From NCBI GenBank assembly GCA_023515795.1, contig JALGPX010000008.1, forward strand, positions 1 to 64,000: DNA of 64,000 nucleotides, in the 5' to 3' direction. This DNA comes from Amoeboaphelidium occidentale (lineage: Eukaryota). Under the pieces are notes generated by a model. That model had not been told where the DNA came from and ran no database searches. It saw only the letters and a program-made list of their open reading frames with translations. Below, piece by piece: positions 21,343 to 31,632 of the stretch (the stretch's first letter is position 1; every line of letters starts with the position of its first letter). A program made the position numbers and the translations under genes.

Positions 21343-24300
21343 TTAATTTGTATTGCTCCAGGCCGAGGTCCTCGTCATTGTTTCATACATTACAATAGCA
21401 TAGGAGTAAATGTCATACGTCTTGTAATCGGCGTTGGAGAACTTTTTAGAACGAAAGTTGGCCAAGGCTTCTGGTGCAGCGTAATGAACCGATAATCCTC
21501 TCAAGTTCACAATATGAAATGATTTTGTAGCGATAATTTTCTCGGAAAGAATCTGTGCGATCCCAAAGTCTGTTAAAAAGCAGCATGGCAAACCATCCTT
21601 GACCTGAATTAAGATGTTTTGTGTTTTAATATCACAATGTGCCAAGAAATGAGAATGCATAACATTCAATGCTCCAGCCACTTCTTTTAAGAGTTTGACC
21701 ATGATATTTGACCTGTAAGTGTTCTTTCTTATCCAGTCATACATGGAACCATCAGGATAATATGTCAAGATAATCGATAATGGATTCTCTGTGTAGCCGA
21801 TAATCTGGCAAAAGTTTGGGAAAGGGTTTAGCATTATCATAATCCCGACCTCTTGATAAAATGCTTCCTCATGAATTTTGCTTTTGGCAAACACCACTTT
21901 CTGCACTAGAGTGTCTCCTGTCTTCTTCCTTAAAACTGGATCCATGACTTTCACTAAACTCAACTCTCCGCCTCCACCCGATGCGATCTTTTTGATTTTG
22001 GCAACTGAGGAATTTTCGATGAGATACGCAGCATGCTTTGAGATTCCCATGATAGAGTTTATCACTGTGCCCAAGTCGGTAACAGTTAAACCCGATTCAA
22101 AGTCTGACCGTGTTGCGGGGGACAAAAACTGTGCCCTCTTTACGAGATGCCTGTAAAGAATAATTGATACACCAATACTCAAGACTGTGGCAAGTGCGAT
22201 CGCAACCATCACAAGAAGTGACTGAGAAGCACTAGTCGAAGCTTTAGCTGACCTCGTAACTTTAACTTTACGAGATTGACGCCGAGTGGGGTTTGAAGCA
22301 GCAGGAGTTTCTGTAGAGACCGCATTAATTTGTAATGTCGGCAAATTAGGTTTGTACATCAACACGGCAAAGTCTTCACTTCCAGCAAAAACTGAGCGAT
22401 TGAAACACAATACTGAAGTTACGGGCTTGGAGAATCCAAAATATACATCTTCATGCCTTCCTGTGTTTATGTTCCATCTTCGAGTTGTCAAATCTGATCC
22501 AGCTGAAAAAAGTGTCCCTGAACAGTACGACAACGCGTTCACAGAACCCAAGTGACCAAGCGTAGATGCAGATAGCCTTTTGTATAGTTTTGCCGTAATT
22601 TGGTCTTTCAATGACCATTCGATTACAGTCTTGTCATTTGATGCTGAGAAGAGTCTGTTATCAACGATGAGTAGATAATTGACTTGCGATAAATGTCCTT
22701 TCAGCTCAAAAAGCAAATTCAATGTTTCTACGCTCCATGAGTAAATGATTCCTGATCTTGATCCCGCCAGTATTTCCGATTCTGTTGCAGCGACCGCAAC
22801 TAAAGGAGTTTGTGAATCTATGATTCTGTTTAAGCTGGAATAGACATTGCGATCCATAATAAAAACAACCTTAGTATCATCTCTTATGGCGATCAAGTGC
22901 AATGAATTCATGGCGAGGCCTCTCAGCTGTTCAGGTTTTGAGTTGTACACCTCTACAGGATTTTTATCAGCGATGGATATTTTCACGATTGAACCATCAT
23001 TGCTTGAGGAGTAGATAGATCCATTGACCGCCAGCAGTGCAGTTGTCGCCCGATTATGATAATTCAAAGTTTGCATTTCTAAAGCGGTTTCCACATCATA
23101 CATGACAATTGTGCCACTTCTTAATCCAACATAGAGCTGGTTATCAATGATTGCCAGCGAAGAGACGGATCCATTCCTGTTCTCGAAGGAAAATGCAACT
23201 TTGCGTGAAGCCATATTCCATCGCTTAATTGACCCGTCGAAACTAGCTGAATACAGAATATTCGAATCATCGAAACAGAGAGATGATACTAAATCCACAT
23301 GATCTCTATACGTTTCTAATATAATGAGGGTGTAAAAGTCTCTTGCTCTAATAATGCCGTCTGAATGGCCTGTGAAGGTACGATCTCCCGCCGAGGTCAT
23401 ACTGCTGCATCCCGATGGTTCTATAAATTAGTATTGAAAAGATCCGGAGAACCTCTGGCAATCAGATTATCATTGCTAATAGTTGAGAAAAGTTCAAGAC
23501 CACCAGACGTGCAGGCTGTCACATAATCTTCCTTAATTAGAATCTCTCGAATTAAATCTGAAGCTACCAAAAGTTAAACAGGAAACTATACTTACCGTAC
23601 AGCACTAAAATATTCTGCTTCGCACTAACATTCCAAAGTCTTATTGTTTTATCAATTGATCCCGAGTAAAAAACTCCAAGAACCAGTTTCATCGTGGCAA
23701 CCATGTTTGTATGGCCGCTTAACATCCCTGTTTGAACACCCGATGTCACATTCCATTGGAAAATATCCATGTCGTACCCACCTCCATATACATATGACTT
23801 ATCTGCTACAATCGCAGTAACAAGGTTTGTTGGACCTACACATTAATTTGAACTTCCGGTAACGTACCTGTGAATGTTTTTATCAAAATCAAATCCGGAA
23901 GATTTCTCTGACTTACAATAGAGTCAGTTCCACCAGCATAGAGATAATTTCCTTCAACAAATATAGAAAAAATCATGTATATTCTGTAGTCCACTGCAGC
24001 GAAAGGATAGATGCTATCAATCGATACATCCCACATTCTTATCATTTTGTCTTCTCCGCCGCTAATCACATAATNNNNNNNNNNNNNNNNNNNNNGCATA
24101 GAGATAATTTCCTTCAACAAATATAGAAAAAATCATGTATATTCTGTAGTCCACTGCGGCGAAAGGATAGATGCTATCAATCGATACATCCCACATTCTT
24201 ATCATTTTGTCTTCTCCGCCGCTAATCACATAATTCTTCCAAACTGCAAGACTCCTGAGCTTCTTGTTGAGCCCATCGCTTGCAGTCAACAACGATCCAG

Positions 24301-25250
24301 TGTTTGTATCCCACTGCGCAACTCTAGAGTCATAAGATCCCGTGAATAATCTGTTCGATCGGTAAACCATGCAAGATACGACATTTGAATGAAAATAAGG
24401 AAATTTCAAGAGAATGTTCCCATTAATGATGTCCCATTTGATGACTCTTTTGTCTTCTCCGGCGGAATATAGCACTCCGTCATGGACAGCGATCGTTTGA
24501 ACCCAAGTTATGTGAAAACTGAATTGTCTTATCATTTCGCCGGTTGAAACGTTCCAAGATATTATGGTTGTATCACTAGAACCAGAAAATAGCATGTCTC
24601 CATACAAATACAGAGTGTATACCAGACCCGAATGTCCATAGAATTCCAGTTCTACTTCGCCAGTGGAAATCAAGTATTTCACCACATAGGGCTCAATTTG
24701 TTTCCCAACATACAAATAATCCCCACCAGCCACTGCGCTTCTCGAGAAACCATCGAGCCCTATGAGGCTTAGATATGCAAATCCGGTAATTACCTATGGT
24801 TCTAACAATTCTACCTGAGACAAGATCAATGTGCCGTAACTTGTTGTCGTTGCCGCCAGTAAACACTTGCTCATTCTGAAAGAAGACATGTCCTACTTGT
24901 GTTCCTTGTGATCGTAACCAAACCCTTGTCAATATCGATCCTGTTTCCAAACTCCAGACAATGATCATATCATCATAACCACCTGAGATCATCCTGGAAT
25001 CGTTGGTGATAACGAACGAAGTAACCAGTGACTGATGTCCCCTAAATGTTCTTTGTACATAAGAGCCCCATATGGTCTGTTGGACAATATCATTCGATGA
25101 AGATATTAGAATCGAGTCTCCATACAACCCTATTGAAAGAGCATTAGAAACGCTTTCCTGCAGCAGAAAGCTTTTTTCATGTTCCAAGCCAAAGATCATG
25201 CTACCAAGCGTAGCTAGAAAGGTGATCGGGTTAAGCAGTCTGATTTTCAT
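21343..25250 (-). CDS. Receptor-like protein kinase with an extracellular WD40-repeat array (~1205 aa)
   Basis: Signal peptide; many GH...V..L...SGS.D..I..WD repeats; TM segment LLVMVAIALATVLSIGVSIILY; kinase motifs SGGGG, HCDIKTQN, DFG, APE and DIYSY. Phase-1 introns 24760-24793, 23836-23867, 23564-23595 and 23421-23452. The frame is continuous after removing a 160-nt gap duplication. Confidence 0.88.
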
Positions 25251-25441
25251 CGCAAGATCGTTGTTTAGCAAACAGAACCATGGCAAGCGACCAAACAGTT
25301 GTGGACACAATACTACTAGCCCTGATTAAAAATTTATTTCTTTTGTCAAAAAGATGTCCAGCGCTTAGGATAACACTATTTTAAGGCGCATGCAAAAGTT
25401 GCTCTCATGCTTTCTTTCTGCAACAAAGATATGCTGCGAAA

Positions 25442-28400
25442 TCATTGCTGTAGAACTTCGCCAAGTAAGTCTAGAATTTGATATAGAAGTTCAGCATTCA
25501 AATGCTTATTCTGAAGAGCCTCAAATATTCTTGTAGAACCTCTTTTAGCATTTGAACGTCCAACGACAGGCCCGATTAAATCTGGTACTAGGATGTGAAG
25601 TTTCCGGTATACATGAAATCTTGTTTTGTTCTTTTCTTCGCTGCTCCTCAAAACAGTGTTGCCAGAGTTCATCGATGAAAGCAGTTCTCTCCATCTTGCC
25701 AGAACGTTGACAAGATTTTCTTCTGAAAACATGCTTTTTACAGAATCGTAAATTTTGCGTTCAAGCTGTCCTCCTAAAACTTGTTGAATAATCCATGTTG
25801 TAGCTTGTTTACGCCACCAATTGTTCTTTTCTTGTAGATCAAATATTTCTACGATCAAGTTCGAAAATGTTTCCGCTGAGAACTCAAGCTCGTTTAAATC
25901 CTGGTTCTGATTGTCGAACTTAATGCTTTCTTCTGGGTCTTCTACGCCATATGAAACAGGCTCCCCGAATGGCCCCACTATATTTAAACCGCTCCCAAAT
26001 CTGAACAAACCATTCTTTAGACTCTTCATCAAGTCTCTGGGAAGATCCTTCAGACTCAATAAACTATTAACCAAAATGTTTCCTTTGGAATCGAAATTTT
26101 GATCAGTACATAGGAAATTCCTGAATTCATCTGATTTGCAAATAGCGTCAATTTTAAGCAAACCATTCATGTATTTTTCCAAAGCCTTTCTTCTTTCCTC
26201 TCTGAACTCTAATTCTTTTGTTTGAGCTTGAATTGATGAGCCAGGCTTGTTGGTGGGAAGGCCATGCAGCAGCCGCTTACCAGGAAACTCAACAGAATTT
26301 AACTTGTTTCCAAAATGGGTTCGAAGTGCACGATTAAGGTTAAAGAACTCATTGTATCGCCTAGCAACAATCCAATTATGTCCACTTGCCTGCTGTTCAA
26401 CCTGAATAATGTAAACCACGAAAGGTTTCTGATTTTCGGCGTCTTCACTCACAGCCCAAGATGGAATCGATAACAAAGTCTTCCCTTGCACGATGAAGTT
26501 GTCACTAAGCTGTAACTCTAGTTGCTTTTTCTGTGATAACAACGCAAGGCGCTCTTGTTCGTATTGCCATTTCATTTTGTTTAACAATTTCACTTCTTTC
26601 TGTTGGTTCTTGCTTTTGGGTACTGAATCAAATTTACTCTGCATGATCTCAAGAATAAGTTGATGTTGCTCATTTCTTTCAATCTGCTTCAAAACATCGT
26701 CATACTCAGCTTTTGTTGAGTTATTTAAATGAATATTCTGTGACTCTTCGGATTTTGTATCAGATAATTCTTCTTCGTTGATACCTTCTCTCGAAGATAC
26801 ATATTCATTCTCGCTCTCATCTTCAGAAAGGTCGCTATCAGCCGGAGCAGCAGAGACTGGCTCATTCGCATTCTTTTCCAGTAAAATGCTTTGAAAGGCT
26901 TTTTCGACTTGATATACTCTACTGTCATCAAGAATTCCATCTTGTTCATCATTAGGTAGAATGCTAATGAAAGACCCCGTTTCACTTGAAGTTCCAACCA
27001 TGTGAGAGTTGATACTCTCTTGCTCGGCCACATTGCTGTTCACATTATCGCCAGTCGAAGGAGTAACTGTTACAATGACTGGAGGTCTAGCCGACAAAGA
27101 CTTTCCAGCGAGTAAATCTTTTCCAGCGTTAATAGGCGCTTTGACGGCGTTAGCAGTTATTGTGGCCAAACCTTTCAAAGGATTCATGACAGCTTTTCTA
27201 ACAGGAGCCATAGATTCCATAAAAGTCCGCTTGGTTTGTAAAGAGTCCGAACCGACAGAAGTGACAGATATCTGTCTACTGTTCAAAGAAGCTACATACT
27301 TGAAGTAGGAGTCGGAATTACAAAAGCCTTCAAAATATCTCTCCTTCATACTTTCATGTGCAATGTTTTTGACATTGAACAGCATGACAAGACATCCCAG
27401 AGAATCATCCAAGTTTTTTGCATTATCAACTGATCTAACAAAGTTTCTGGACATAATCAACAGCTCATTATGAAAAAGGTTTGGAGAATTAATACATAAG
27501 CTTTTCATAACAAGCAGATCATCTTTCAACTGTGCTTGAAAGTTTAAAAGCTTTTCCTCGCTTAAGAAGCTTGAATAATTTTTTAAAGATGGCAAGCTGA
27601 TAGAAGATTCTCCCGTTATTCCTCGATAGTTTCCCAGAATAGCTTCTGCAGATAAGAAAAATTGTAAAATATCAAGCTTGTTTTCCCTATCCATGAACTC
27701 CCTGAAATATGATAAACCAGGCTCTTCAAGTAACGTGTCAAAATCCAATTCCGTTCTTTTGAGTGCATCAGTTGAAGCTTCTGCCCCACCCAGCTGCTGG
27801 ATTTTCTTGTCGACTTGTTTAAGTGCAACATTAAGCCTGTTAACGTAACGGATCATGCTGCCATTTTTCGCATTGACGTGAGCTTTCCTCCGGCTGATTT
27901 CAATCAGCAATGCATGCCTAATTCGCCGTGCTTCAAATAGATTATCGCAAGTGCTAATTCCTTTCAAGTATTCATCAAATGAAGGAGGTTTGTTCTTTTC
28001 ATTCGAATCATCCTGAAAGGGTTTTTCCAAAGCTTCTCTCATTTTGTGAACCATTCTCTGTTCTTGAATTGCTTCTGTTGCTGACTCGTCAATCCATTGA
28101 TTCCAATAATCAGGATCGCTAAGCATTTCAATTAATGGATAAAGCAGTAAACCAGCAACTATTTCTCGCACCAACGGTTTAGCTAATCTAGAGTTATACT
28201 CTTTTTCTGCCATAAGCCACGGTAGGCATTTATCAACAAATTGCCTCAAATACACCAGCTCGCTGCTTTTTGTGTTTCCGGAAGCCGCAGCACCAAGCAA
28301 TGCAGGATGAAGTTTTCCTTGTTTGAACATTCCTGCAACCATCAGGTTCAGCTCTTCACTCTGAGTCAGAGTCTTTCTTCCTTTCTGGGATATCTTTAGG

Positions 28401-29086
28401 GAGGCCTTCTTAAATTCGTGCAAATGCTTCGTGAGTAGCGGCAATACTTTAGAAGATATCAATGGAACCCAATCTTGAATAGCACTAACACGGTTCTTTA
28501 GTTGAAGGAACGCATAGCGTATCGAATAGTCGACAACATCAACAAATTTTGACGGTGGCTGCGTTAGAGGCCTCTCAATATCACCCAAATATTCCACGAC
28601 GATTTTGTGATATTTCGACAACATTTTCGACTTTGCGTCATTATTAGGCTTCTTTGGCTGGTACGGATTTGTCGGAGGAATAGCGATCAGCGGGAGGTAC
28701 CACGACATGATGAACTGCTGAATGACAACGTCCAGTAGAACACTCAATTCGGCCTGAACAGCGGAACTGGAATGGAATTCAGATAACGAGATCAAATTCC
28801 TCCGTTCTACGCTTTCCACCAGAGCATCTTTCCTTTGCTGCAAGTCTTTAGGGTCAAAGCCTTTAGGGCGGTAATCCAATGCTGAAATATCATTATCAAA
28901 TCGACGGTTCAAAACTACAAGCCCAACAAGCAGCGCAACTGAATATCCACACAATAGCATCAGCCCCTTCATAAAAGAAAACGAAAACACATATAAAATA
29001 CTAATAATAGCGAATAGGCAAATCGCAGCAAAGCCCAACAGAGTGAGAATGAACGCAAGCAAAATCGCTTGATGTTCAATTTTCAT
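25442..29086 (-). CDS. MDM1: PXA-RGS-PX-Nexin_C sorting nexin (Mdm1/SNX13/14/25 family)
   Basis: Two N-terminal TM segments; PXA (QFIMSWY, LSDPDYWNQ); RGS (GLSYFREFMDR); PX (VARRYNEF, FPGKR); Nexin_C (EIFDL..NNWWRKQA, LQNKHLN). Confidence 0.9.
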   Translation of the reverse strand: MKIEHQAILLAFILTLLGFAAICLFAIISILYVFSFSFMKGLMLLCGYSVALLVGLVVLNRRFDNDISALDYRPKGFDPKDLQQRKDALVESVERRNLISLSEFHSSSAVQAELSVLLDVVIQQFIMSWYLPLIAIPPTNPYQPKKPNNDAKSKMLSKYHKIVVEYLGDIERPLTQPPSKFVDVVDYSIRYAFLQLKNRVSAIQDWVPLISSKVLPLLTKHLHEFKKASLKISQKGRKTLTQSEELNLMVAGMFKQGKLHPALLGAAASGNTKSSELVYLRQFVDKCLPWLMAEKEYNSRLAKPLVREIVAGLLLYPLIEMLSDPDYWNQWIDESATEAIQEQRMVHKMREALEKPFQDDSNEKNKPPSFDEYLKGISTCDNLFEARRIRHALLIEISRRKAHVNAKNGSMIRYVNRLNVALKQVDKKIQQLGGAEASTDALKRTELDFDTLLEEPGLSYFREFMDRENKLDILQFFLSAEAILGNYRGITGESSISLPSLKNYSSFLSEEKLLNFQAQLKDDLLVMKSLCINSPNLFHNELLIMSRNFVRSVDNAKNLDDSLGCLVMLFNVKNIAHESMKERYFEGFCNSDSYFKYVASLNSRQISVTSVGSDSLQTKRTFMESMAPVRKAVMNPLKGLATITANAVKAPINAGKDLLAGKSLSARPPVIVTVTPSTGDNVNSNVAEQESINSHMVGTSSETGSFISILPNDEQDGILDDSRVYQVEKAFQSILLEKNANEPVSAAPADSDLSEDESENEYVSSREGINEEELSDTKSEESQNIHLNNSTKAEYDDVLKQIERNEQHQLILEIMQSKFDSVPKSKNQQKEVKLLNKMKWQYEQERLALLSQKKQLELQLSDNFIVQGKTLLSIPSWAVSEDAENQKPFVVYIIQVEQQASGHNWIVARRYNEFFNLNRALRTHFGNKLNSVEFPGKRLLHGLPTNKPGSSIQAQTKELEFREERRKALEKYMNGLLKIDAICKSDEFRNFLCTDQNFDSKGNILVNSLLSLKDLPRDLMKSLKNGLFRFGSGLNIVGPFGEPVSYGVEDPEESIKFDNQNQDLNELEFSAETFSNLIVEIFDLQEKNNWWRKQATTWIIQQVLGGQLERKIYDSVKSMFSEENLVNVLARWRELLSSMNSGNTVLRSSEEKNKTRFHVYRKLHILVPDLIGPVVGRSNAKRGSTRIFEALQNKHLNAELLYQILDLLGEVLQQ

Positions 29087-29136
29087 CGCGCTCAAGAAAA
29101 CAGTCACAGCAAAATTGTATCAAACAGAAGAGATAT

Positions 29137-30726
29137 CTATTTCTGTATCTTTCTCTTCTTGTTTCCAATCGGAGGCATATCAGAATCATCACTCTTGTAT
29201 TCCGAAGCTGCATCTTCCTTTGGAGCCTTAAGGCTAGCAAAAGCATCAATAGCTGGCTTACGAGCAGACTCATGTTCAACAATACGAGCAGGATACTTCA
29301 ATTTTGAAAATTCTGACTTGGGCATTGCGGAAGGATCGTGAATGAACTTTTTAGGAACCTTCTCTAACTCCCGAACCCATTTCCTAATAAATTTACCCTC
29401 AGGATCGTATTTTTGAGATTGCAAAAGTGGATTAAATACCCTAAAGTACGGCTGGGAGTCAGTGCCTGTTGAAGCAGCCCATTGCCATCCTCCATTATTG
29501 GAAGCAAAGTCATGATCAATCAAGTTCAGACTGAAATACTCTTCTCCGTGTTGCCAACTGATCAAAAGATGCTTAGTTAAGAACGATGCAACAATCATTC
29601 TTAGCCTATTATGCATCCACCCTGTAGCATTCAGTTGTCTCATCCCGGCATCAACAATGGGATACCCCGTTTTGCCTTCTTTCCATGCTTTAAGCTGTTC
29701 TTCATCGAACAACCATGGAACATTAATAGTTTCCATCTTAAAAGGTTTATCCTTACAAACACGCGGAAAGCAAAACAGAATTGACTTATAAAAGTCTCTC
29801 CAAATAATTTCTTGGATCCAAGTTACAGCACCAAGATTGCCAGTGTCTAAATGCCCATGATTAGCTTCCATGGCTTTAACAACGCAGTATTTCGCAGATA
29901 AAACACCACTAGCAAGATATGGCGACAATGAACTGGTACCATCAATACTTGGAATATCACGATCAACTTTATAATTCTTGATCCTTTTATCTGCAAAATT
30001 CTTTAACTTCTCAAATGCGACAGGTTCGCCAGCAGGATAAGACTTCTTCATATATTGCTTCTTCTCAGTGTCAAGCTCAAAACCAGAAACTGAATCAGGA
30101 ACCTGCGATGGTTGCAATTTCAAAGCGTCTGCATGAAACGATGTTTGCAAAGCCAAAAAAGCTTGCTTGAACTTTTCAGGATCGTGAACATTCAAGTACA
30201 AATCTTTCCTGTTGCGTACCAGTTCAAACCAGGACTTTTTGAAGAAGGAGTAAACCGAGTACGGATTACCACTTGCGCTCTTCAACAAACCAGGCGGAAC
30301 AACAACTTGATCATCAGACCTGAACACCAAAACACCGCGCTCCCTCGTCTGCAGCTGCCCTTCAATGCGCAAATCCCTTTTAGTTTCATGAACTTCATAT
30401 TCATTAGAAAAGTACAACTTCTTTACGCCATACGTTGAAACCAGTCGAAGCAGAACAGCATCAACTTCCCGTGGCTTCTCAATAGACTCAATGATCAACG
30501 GAACTTTGAAATCTATCCATAATTTATCAGAAAGAGTCTTCAAATTTCTCAGGATGAAATCTATCTTGACAGCGCTGACTTTGTGTCTTGTGAAATCCGA
30601 CGGAGAAAGAACATACAATGCGATTACCGGTAGGCGATCCTTAACAGCAGCCTCCAAAGCTTTGAAAAATGAAGGATTATCAAAAGTTCTCAAGTCAGTA
30701 CGGAACCACACAAGAATGGAGTTCAT
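29137..30726 (-). CDS. PHR1: Class I CPD DNA photolyase
   Basis: WFRTDLRTFDN, TSSLSPYL, GKTGYPIVDAGMRQL, GWMHNRLRM, NNGGWQW and QPYFRVFNP motifs. Confidence 0.95.
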   Translation of the reverse strand: MNSILVWFRTDLRTFDNPSFFKALEAAVKDRLPVIALYVLSPSDFTRHKVSAVKIDFILRNLKTLSDKLWIDFKVPLIIESIEKPREVDAVLLRLVSTYGVKKLYFSNEYEVHETKRDLRIEGQLQTRERGVLVFRSDDQVVVPPGLLKSASGNPYSVYSFFKKSWFELVRNRKDLYLNVHDPEKFKQAFLALQTSFHADALKLQPSQVPDSVSGFELDTEKKQYMKKSYPAGEPVAFEKLKNFADKRIKNYKVDRDIPSIDGTSSLSPYLASGVLSAKYCVVKAMEANHGHLDTGNLGAVTWIQEIIWRDFYKSILFCFPRVCKDKPFKMETINVPWLFDEEQLKAWKEGKTGYPIVDAGMRQLNATGWMHNRLRMIVASFLTKHLLISWQHGEEYFSLNLIDHDFASNNGGWQWAASTGTDSQPYFRVFNPLLQSQKYDPEGKFIRKWVRELEKVPKKFIHDPSAMPKSEFSKLKYPARIVEHESARKPAIDAFASLKAPKEDAASEYKSDDSDMPPIGNKKRKIQK

Positions 30727-30804
30727 TTCTAAGCGGAAGAAATTGTGCGAGTTTGTTGCTCAGCTGGAATTTAAAGTTGATATGACGTCAATCGAAGTGA
30801 CTCA

Positions 30805-30822
30805 AAAATCGCGGTTTCAAAA
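30805..30822. promoter_or_regulatory. AAAATCGCGGTTTCAAAA element in the photolyase divergent promoter
   Basis: 18/18 identical to 59631-59648. Confidence 0.55.
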
Positions 30823-30896
30823 GTCTGAACGGAAAATTTTGCTCGCGCTCCACGCTGTCGTAGGGTTGTTTCAGCCCGTTTTAATTTCAACTGGAG

Positions 30897-31622
30897 ATGT
30901 TGTTTCAAGCTGTTTGGTATCTTTTGGCGTTAAGTTTAATGTCAGCAATTGCAGCTTCTGTTGGTGAGTACACTGAAATCCCAACATTTCGTAAAACTCC
31001 TATTGAAATTGAGCGTACTCCTAATGGTTGGTCGTACACTGTTGAAACTGATCGCGATGATGTCTTGCTGAAGCTTGAGGCACAAAACACGTCTGAGATC
31101 ATGCAAATCAATGGAATGACGCTCGCAAAGAAGAATTCGGAGTATTTCATTACAGCAGATTCAAAATTGGTTTATGGTTCAATTCGTGCACATAATTATT
31201 ATTCGTTCTCGATTGTTTCAAGTGGATCGTTTCGTGTCTATGCTGGCGAGAAAACTGCGATTGCTTCAGGAATCCAGGCGATGCCACATGTTCAATTTGT
31301 TTATTCCGTTAATGGGTTGGAAGGCCGTATATCAGTTACTGGTGTCCCATACATTGCAGCTGGAGAGATTGTTTGGATGTTTCAACCAGAGACTGAAATT
31401 GAAAACTGTTCGCCTGCATGCACTGAAAACACACAAAAAGGCCAAGTTTCTTTCGAATTGAAGAATGTCAGAAGAAGCATTGATTTGACCTTCAACTTTA
31501 AGCAAAACTCCTTTGCACAAGTAATTAATCCAAAAATTCAGTACAGTGATATAGTTCCTCCAACAAAGTTCGATAAGGAAATTCTGATTTATCCCGAGAA
31601 CATTGAACAGCATGTTGAATAA
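30897..31622 (+). CDS. Secreted hypothetical protein
   Basis: Signal peptide MLFQAVWYLLALSLMSAIAA; 241-aa beta-rich ORF. Confidence 0.65.
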   Translation: MLFQAVWYLLALSLMSAIAASVGEYTEIPTFRKTPIEIERTPNGWSYTVETDRDDVLLKLEAQNTSEIMQINGMTLAKKNSEYFITADSKLVYGSIRAHNYYSFSIVSSGSFRVYAGEKTAIASGIQAMPHVQFVYSVNGLEGRISVTGVPYIAAGEIVWMFQPETEIENCSPACTENTQKGQVSFELKNVRRSIDLTFNFKQNSFAQVINPKIQYSDIVPPTKFDKEILIYPENIEQHVE

Positions 31623-31632
31623 ATCACTGTTT

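Noticed and set aside
21270..21345. Stop-codon readthrough completing the kinase C-lobe (downstream CP and RRPS words)
   Set aside because: The words lie in different frames with further stops, so no coherent subdomain X-XI can be built.
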